Assembly (NCBI GenBank): GCA_002633005.1
Contig: NMRA01000307.1
Coordinates: forward strand, 86,688 to 150,687
Length of the DNA: 64,000 nucleotides
Source of the DNA: Phoronis australis
Taxonomy: Eukaryota; Animalia; Phoronida
Direction of reading: 5' to 3'
This document shows, one piece after another, positions 61,501-64,000 of this stretch. Position numbers and translations under genes: made by a program. Each line of letters starts with the position of its first letter. Position 1 is the first letter of the stretch. The notes beneath the pieces were generated by a model, which saw nothing but the letters and a program-made list of their open reading frames with translations, ran no database searches and was not told the origin of the DNA.

Positions 61501-63776
61501 AGCAAACTTTTTATTCTTCTCTTCATACACCTCCCCCGCCCCCTCCCCGGCAACTTTTCATTCCCCTGACCACCGCCTCCGCAAAAATGTTCAGACTCCA
61601 ATAGAAACAATCATGTTCCAGCTGAAGCGGGCAACTAAAAACAAAATTATTCCGGGTGGCTGAAAAGGGTACAGTGTAGATGGTAACGATATGCAGAAAG
61701 TCACCCCTACTAGATGGAGTTTGCCTCGCAAAATCGTATTATCATGACGTTTCATTGTAGTCTTTTAATATCTTATTACCGCAAACACTCGGGTTAACGA
61801 CTATGCTAACGCACAAGCCTATTCCCTACCTTTGAAGTGTTTCACAATAAGCGCTCACTGGCCTACTAAGCGTTCCCCCTCAACTTTTGAGAATTTCCAA
61901 TTAAGCGCCCACAGTTTAGGCTAGCACCCATCATATCGCACTACAAACGGCCGTGCGTGGTTTAAAATTGACTCGCAGCCTATATGGTGTGTCACTCTCA
62001 TTTTACACAACAAGTTCCGTTTTCAAAAAACGTCTTTTCTCAATATGTAAAAACCAAATCCCGGCTTTGTTTTATACCTCCGAAAGAAAGTTAACACTAG
62101 TGACATGCGTGCCGTTTTGTGACTGACCTATTTTCCCCGTACCTGGAAGGTATTGAACAAACTTGCCATTACCAGATGGAAACTCGCATGGAGGGAGTCG
62201 GGAATTATTTGGAGGCTATTCACTTCATGGAAAACTAATTGTTGAGTACGTAAACAGCATAAGTACCACATTTTTGTTGTGAAATTTGCACTGAATTGTT
62301 TATTCGGTTAAAGCATCATTTCACAGATTTTTTTCGACTGACGTTTTTCAAACATGAGTTAAGTTGCAAAATGTGGGCTGCGAACAAAAAGCGGAGGGAA
62401 TTTGCCCTCGGAGTTAGTTCGAATCTTTAACGACTTTGATGCCAGCCAGTAGCAGGTCAGACCTAGAAAAATCCCGGATACTTTTCAACGGGCATTTTCT
62501 CCCTTTTCAAATTGCAAACATAGCTACTCGAATGCACGTGAGAGTGAGAGAGCACTAATTCAACTTTCACGCCGGGAACTTGACTAGCGCCCTAGAGACT
62601 TTCAATGGTGGTCGTGTAGAACAGTAACACCGTACCTGCATGAACAAAGTCAGTTTTGGGATCTGAAATTTGTGAGTATTTAACGCGGCAGGAAAGAGCA
62701 TAATCTAAACATTTTCTCGATGATCTAAAATCAATTTTGGCGCGTAAAAATGGCGGGAAAATTTTGCGACCTGGCATGTATGAATGCGAGCTGGATTTTG
62801 GAAATGCGACGTGGGATTCTGGCTAGGTCGCAAAATGCGACCTGGCGATTTTCATAGCGTCGAGCCCTGAATTAGGTCATCCAGCATTGTGCAAATGGCT
62901 GACACTTTTTCCTTTCTGCGATTGGGCCATGCTTGATTCATTAAATGACTTGAAATGTTTAGTCAACTTGCCTTACCAAGTTGAGACCACTTTTTGCTAA
63001 TGTTGAATTACCTGAATGAAAAGGGTTTTTTCGTTTTCATGCAAGTCCAGATTGTAACATCTTAAGTACACGTTTTGGCGAGTATCTTGTCGTGACATGC
63101 AATTTGTTTTGCAAAGTTTGTTTCGGCTCTATTTAACAATTAACTAATTTCAGAAGAACTTTTGTCACAATCCTTGTATTTAACTCCATCATTGCCTTAC
63201 TTGTCATATTCATTGATTTATTCTCTAATATGTTATAGCCAATGTTCTCTTGTGTATGTAAAATTTTAACGATAAATTATTGTGTTTGCAATACTTAACA
63301 TCAGCTGTGTTAATTGCTGTGGTTTTTATTGGCAGGCGAGAAAAGGAGTACGCTGTGCAAAGAGAAGAAAGGGATAAAGAGAATTTTCAAAAGAAATTTG
63401 ATGTGAGTTGTTGCTGCTTTACATATTACAAATTTTCTTTGACTGTTTGTATTAAATGAGTCGATTTTATTTTCTGTGTTTTGCATTTTAATTTATGTGC
63501 GTTTTGCGATATATCAGTATTGTGTGTGTATGGCTCCCTAATAAAACCTCTTACCACTTGAAATGTTTATATATGTTCATATTTTTACAAACCCAGCACC
63601 AGTATCTGCTCTTGTAACCTTTTAGTACATGCTTTCAACGTGTGTGTTCTGATCTTTTTAGGATGGCATTGCTCTTGCTAAAAAGGTGCTTAGACAAGGA
63701 CCTATAGGCACGGACCGCAACCATAGTCGGTACTGGGTGTTCCACCATACAACGCCAGGGATATTTATTGAGAAAG
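46426..63776 (+). CDS. BAZ1B: BAZ1B/WSTF (bromodomain adjacent to zinc finger 1B) orthologue, internal 13 exons including DDT and WHIM regions; 5' and 3' ends not in the sequenced window
   Basis: Exons 46426-46591, 47481-47975, 48895-49007, 50759-50917, 52655-52751, 53474-53642, 54694-54797, 55445-55600, 57426-57583, 58420-58568, 59687-59849, 63336-63402, 63662-63776, all GT-AG and in phase. RPPSKDLLRLFIRAHA..PWVV, KQMTL, PDGLPNECFGDVAMVTEFL, LLQTLLQDEIAEDYKELGVQLSEIP..SELVRLCLRR and PIGTDRNHSRYWVF..PGIFIEKG match vertebrate BAZ1B as I recall it. Confidence 0.93.
47481..47975 (+). CDS. BAZ1B: BAZ1B exon, Lys/Ser-rich low-complexity region
   Basis: tgtag|ATG...AAG|gtaatg; 165 codons. Confidence 0.88.
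48587..48684. repeat. Minisatellite, 14-bp unit x7
   Basis: (ctggactgtattca)7, perfect copies. Confidence 0.95.
48895..49007 (+). CDS. BAZ1B: BAZ1B exon
   Basis: tatag|TCA...AT|gtaagt; SLKQMTLFDIKKKTP...PPRLPKIAV. Confidence 0.82.
50759..50917 (+). CDS. BAZ1B: BAZ1B exon
   Basis: gcag|G...CT|gtaagt; LRKAIKEEK...AARDLSAKQREKLPDDLKDKVLEKFEHLEHKRK. Confidence 0.88.
51688..51993. repeat. Minisatellite, 20-bp unit x~15
   Basis: (aatgtgtgagtYgaacatSt)n with no spacers. Confidence 0.95.
52655..52751 (+). CDS. BAZ1B: BAZ1B exon
   Basis: ctag|T...GCG|gtacga; KTMTAEEKVAYLKEIKKKQKALRQQKHKQEKA. Confidence 0.85.
53474..53642 (+). CDS. BAZ1B: BAZ1B exon, DDT domain start
   Basis: aacag|AAA...TCAG|gtaatc; KVEDQQL...PDGLPNECFGDVAMVTEFLRCFGGLLMPEDEYPIYS. 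Confidence 0.92.
54127..54626. mobile_element. hAT-like MITE with 8-bp TSD
   Basis: tgttacca|caaggcttggaat...attccaagccg|tgttacca; the right end recurs at about 46075-46136 (gggccgtaaaagtttccgc...gtcattccaagccctg). Confidence 0.7.
54694..54797 (+). CDS. BAZ1B: BAZ1B exon, DDT domain end
   Basis: ttcag|AT...GAG|gtacaa; DALMKGLVSGKEGFVYLSRAVTTLLQTLLQDEIAE. Confidence 0.92.
55445..55600 (+). CDS. BAZ1B: BAZ1B exon
   Basis: tacag|GAC...GTG|gtcagt; DYKELGVQLSEIPVNQYTASELVRLCLRRHD... Confidence 0.9.
57426..57583 (+). CDS. BAZ1B: BAZ1B exon, WHIM1 region
   Basis: tgcag|TCT...TG|gtaagc; SELLIGQLETSELFEIEATQKLQVLTGLCHRILGTYSVQDYME. Confidence 0.92.
58420..58568 (+). CDS. BAZ1B: BAZ1B exon, charged coiled coil
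   Basis: ttcag|G...AAAG|gttggt; REKIAELKEKKDQRKAEMEKKKEER... Confidence 0.85.
59687..59849 (+). CDS. BAZ1B: BAZ1B exon
   Basis: tgcag|GA...AG|gtgagt; ...EPEDLASIVKRRREMAAKAAEEKKEREKEEKA. Confidence 0.85.
59864..60020. repeat. G-rich 20-bp tandem repeat, decaying
   Basis: (gtgggaggggccaggagtta)3 plus degenerate copies immediately after a BAZ1B donor site. Confidence 0.8.
60060..60441. repeat. Minisatellite, 48-50-bp unit x~8
   Basis: gccactgtgaacccacctttcatcaaaataccgacggtatcccct..ata units; tgtgaa anchors at 60091, 60141, 60189, 60239, 60288, 60338, 60388. Confidence 0.9.
60442..62869 (+). mobile_element. Non-autonomous hAT-like element, copy 2 (left tip missing, right TIR present)
   Basis: 60442-61860 is homologous to 28898-30278; ends ...tgcgacctgg...TCGAGCCCTG, the reverse complement of the CAGGGCTCGA start of copy 1. 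Confidence 0.75.
63336..63402 (+). CDS. BAZ1B: BAZ1B exon
   Basis: ggcag|G...GAT|gtgagt; REKEYAVQREERDKENFQKKFD. Confidence 0.85.
63662..63776 (+). CDS. BAZ1B: BAZ1B exon, WHIM2/WSD motif
   Basis: tttag|GAT...AAAG|gtatgt; DGIALAKKVLRQGPIGTDRNHSRYWVFHHTTPGIFIEK. Confidence 0.93.
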
Positions 63777-64000
63777 GTATGTAGCACCTAGGGATAGACC
63801 GCAACCACAGTGAGTACTCGGTATAATGCTGGTCATGTTCTTAGAATAAGTATATAGGATGTAGACAAAGGCCATAACTAGAGGCGGTAGTGGTTGTTGC
63901 AACATACAACCCCGGGCATATTCATTGAGTGTTAAATAATCACAAAAATTCCATTGTTGCAGTGTGCAAAATGAAGATAAGTTTTGTTGCAGCTAACTTG

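Noticed and set aside
28848-62869. A single 34-kb macro-transposon bounded by CAGGGCTCGA...TCGAGCCCTG
   Set aside because: The flanks (attaatag vs aattaggt) are not a TSD, the right end lies inside a BAZ1B intron, and internal direct homology shows two separate copies.

Overview
AT-rich, intron-rich animal DNA, probably from a marine invertebrate (inferred), from a gapped draft assembly with N-runs at 27504-27559, 32881-32897, 36556-37344 and 45347-45999 and a single N at 44638. Two spliced genes could be reconstructed by hand. (1) A complete minus-strand gene with 13 coding exons (21124->4074) plus a likely 5' UTR exon and a TATA/CCAAT promoter near 22.9-23.1 kb. It encodes a 683-aa protein with a signal peptide and His/Cys-rich motifs that I cannot assign to a named family. 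(2) A plus-strand BAZ1B/WSTF orthologue, with 13 exons visible from 46426 to 63776 and incomplete at both ends. The rest is largely transposon debris: an Academ-like XPG-domain fossil, two Kolobok-like THAP elements, an ISL2EU/Harbinger-like relic, hAT-type elements, MITEs, tandem repeats and a Ty3/Gypsy pol. That pol has its integrase interrupted by an antisense FN3 exon. The most notable observations are the uncharacterised secreted protein, a textbook heat-shock promoter (4 HSEs + TATA + Inr) with no gene behind it in an LTR-like segment, and the FN3 exon inside the Gypsy integrase. All coordinates were read by eye and no database search was run.
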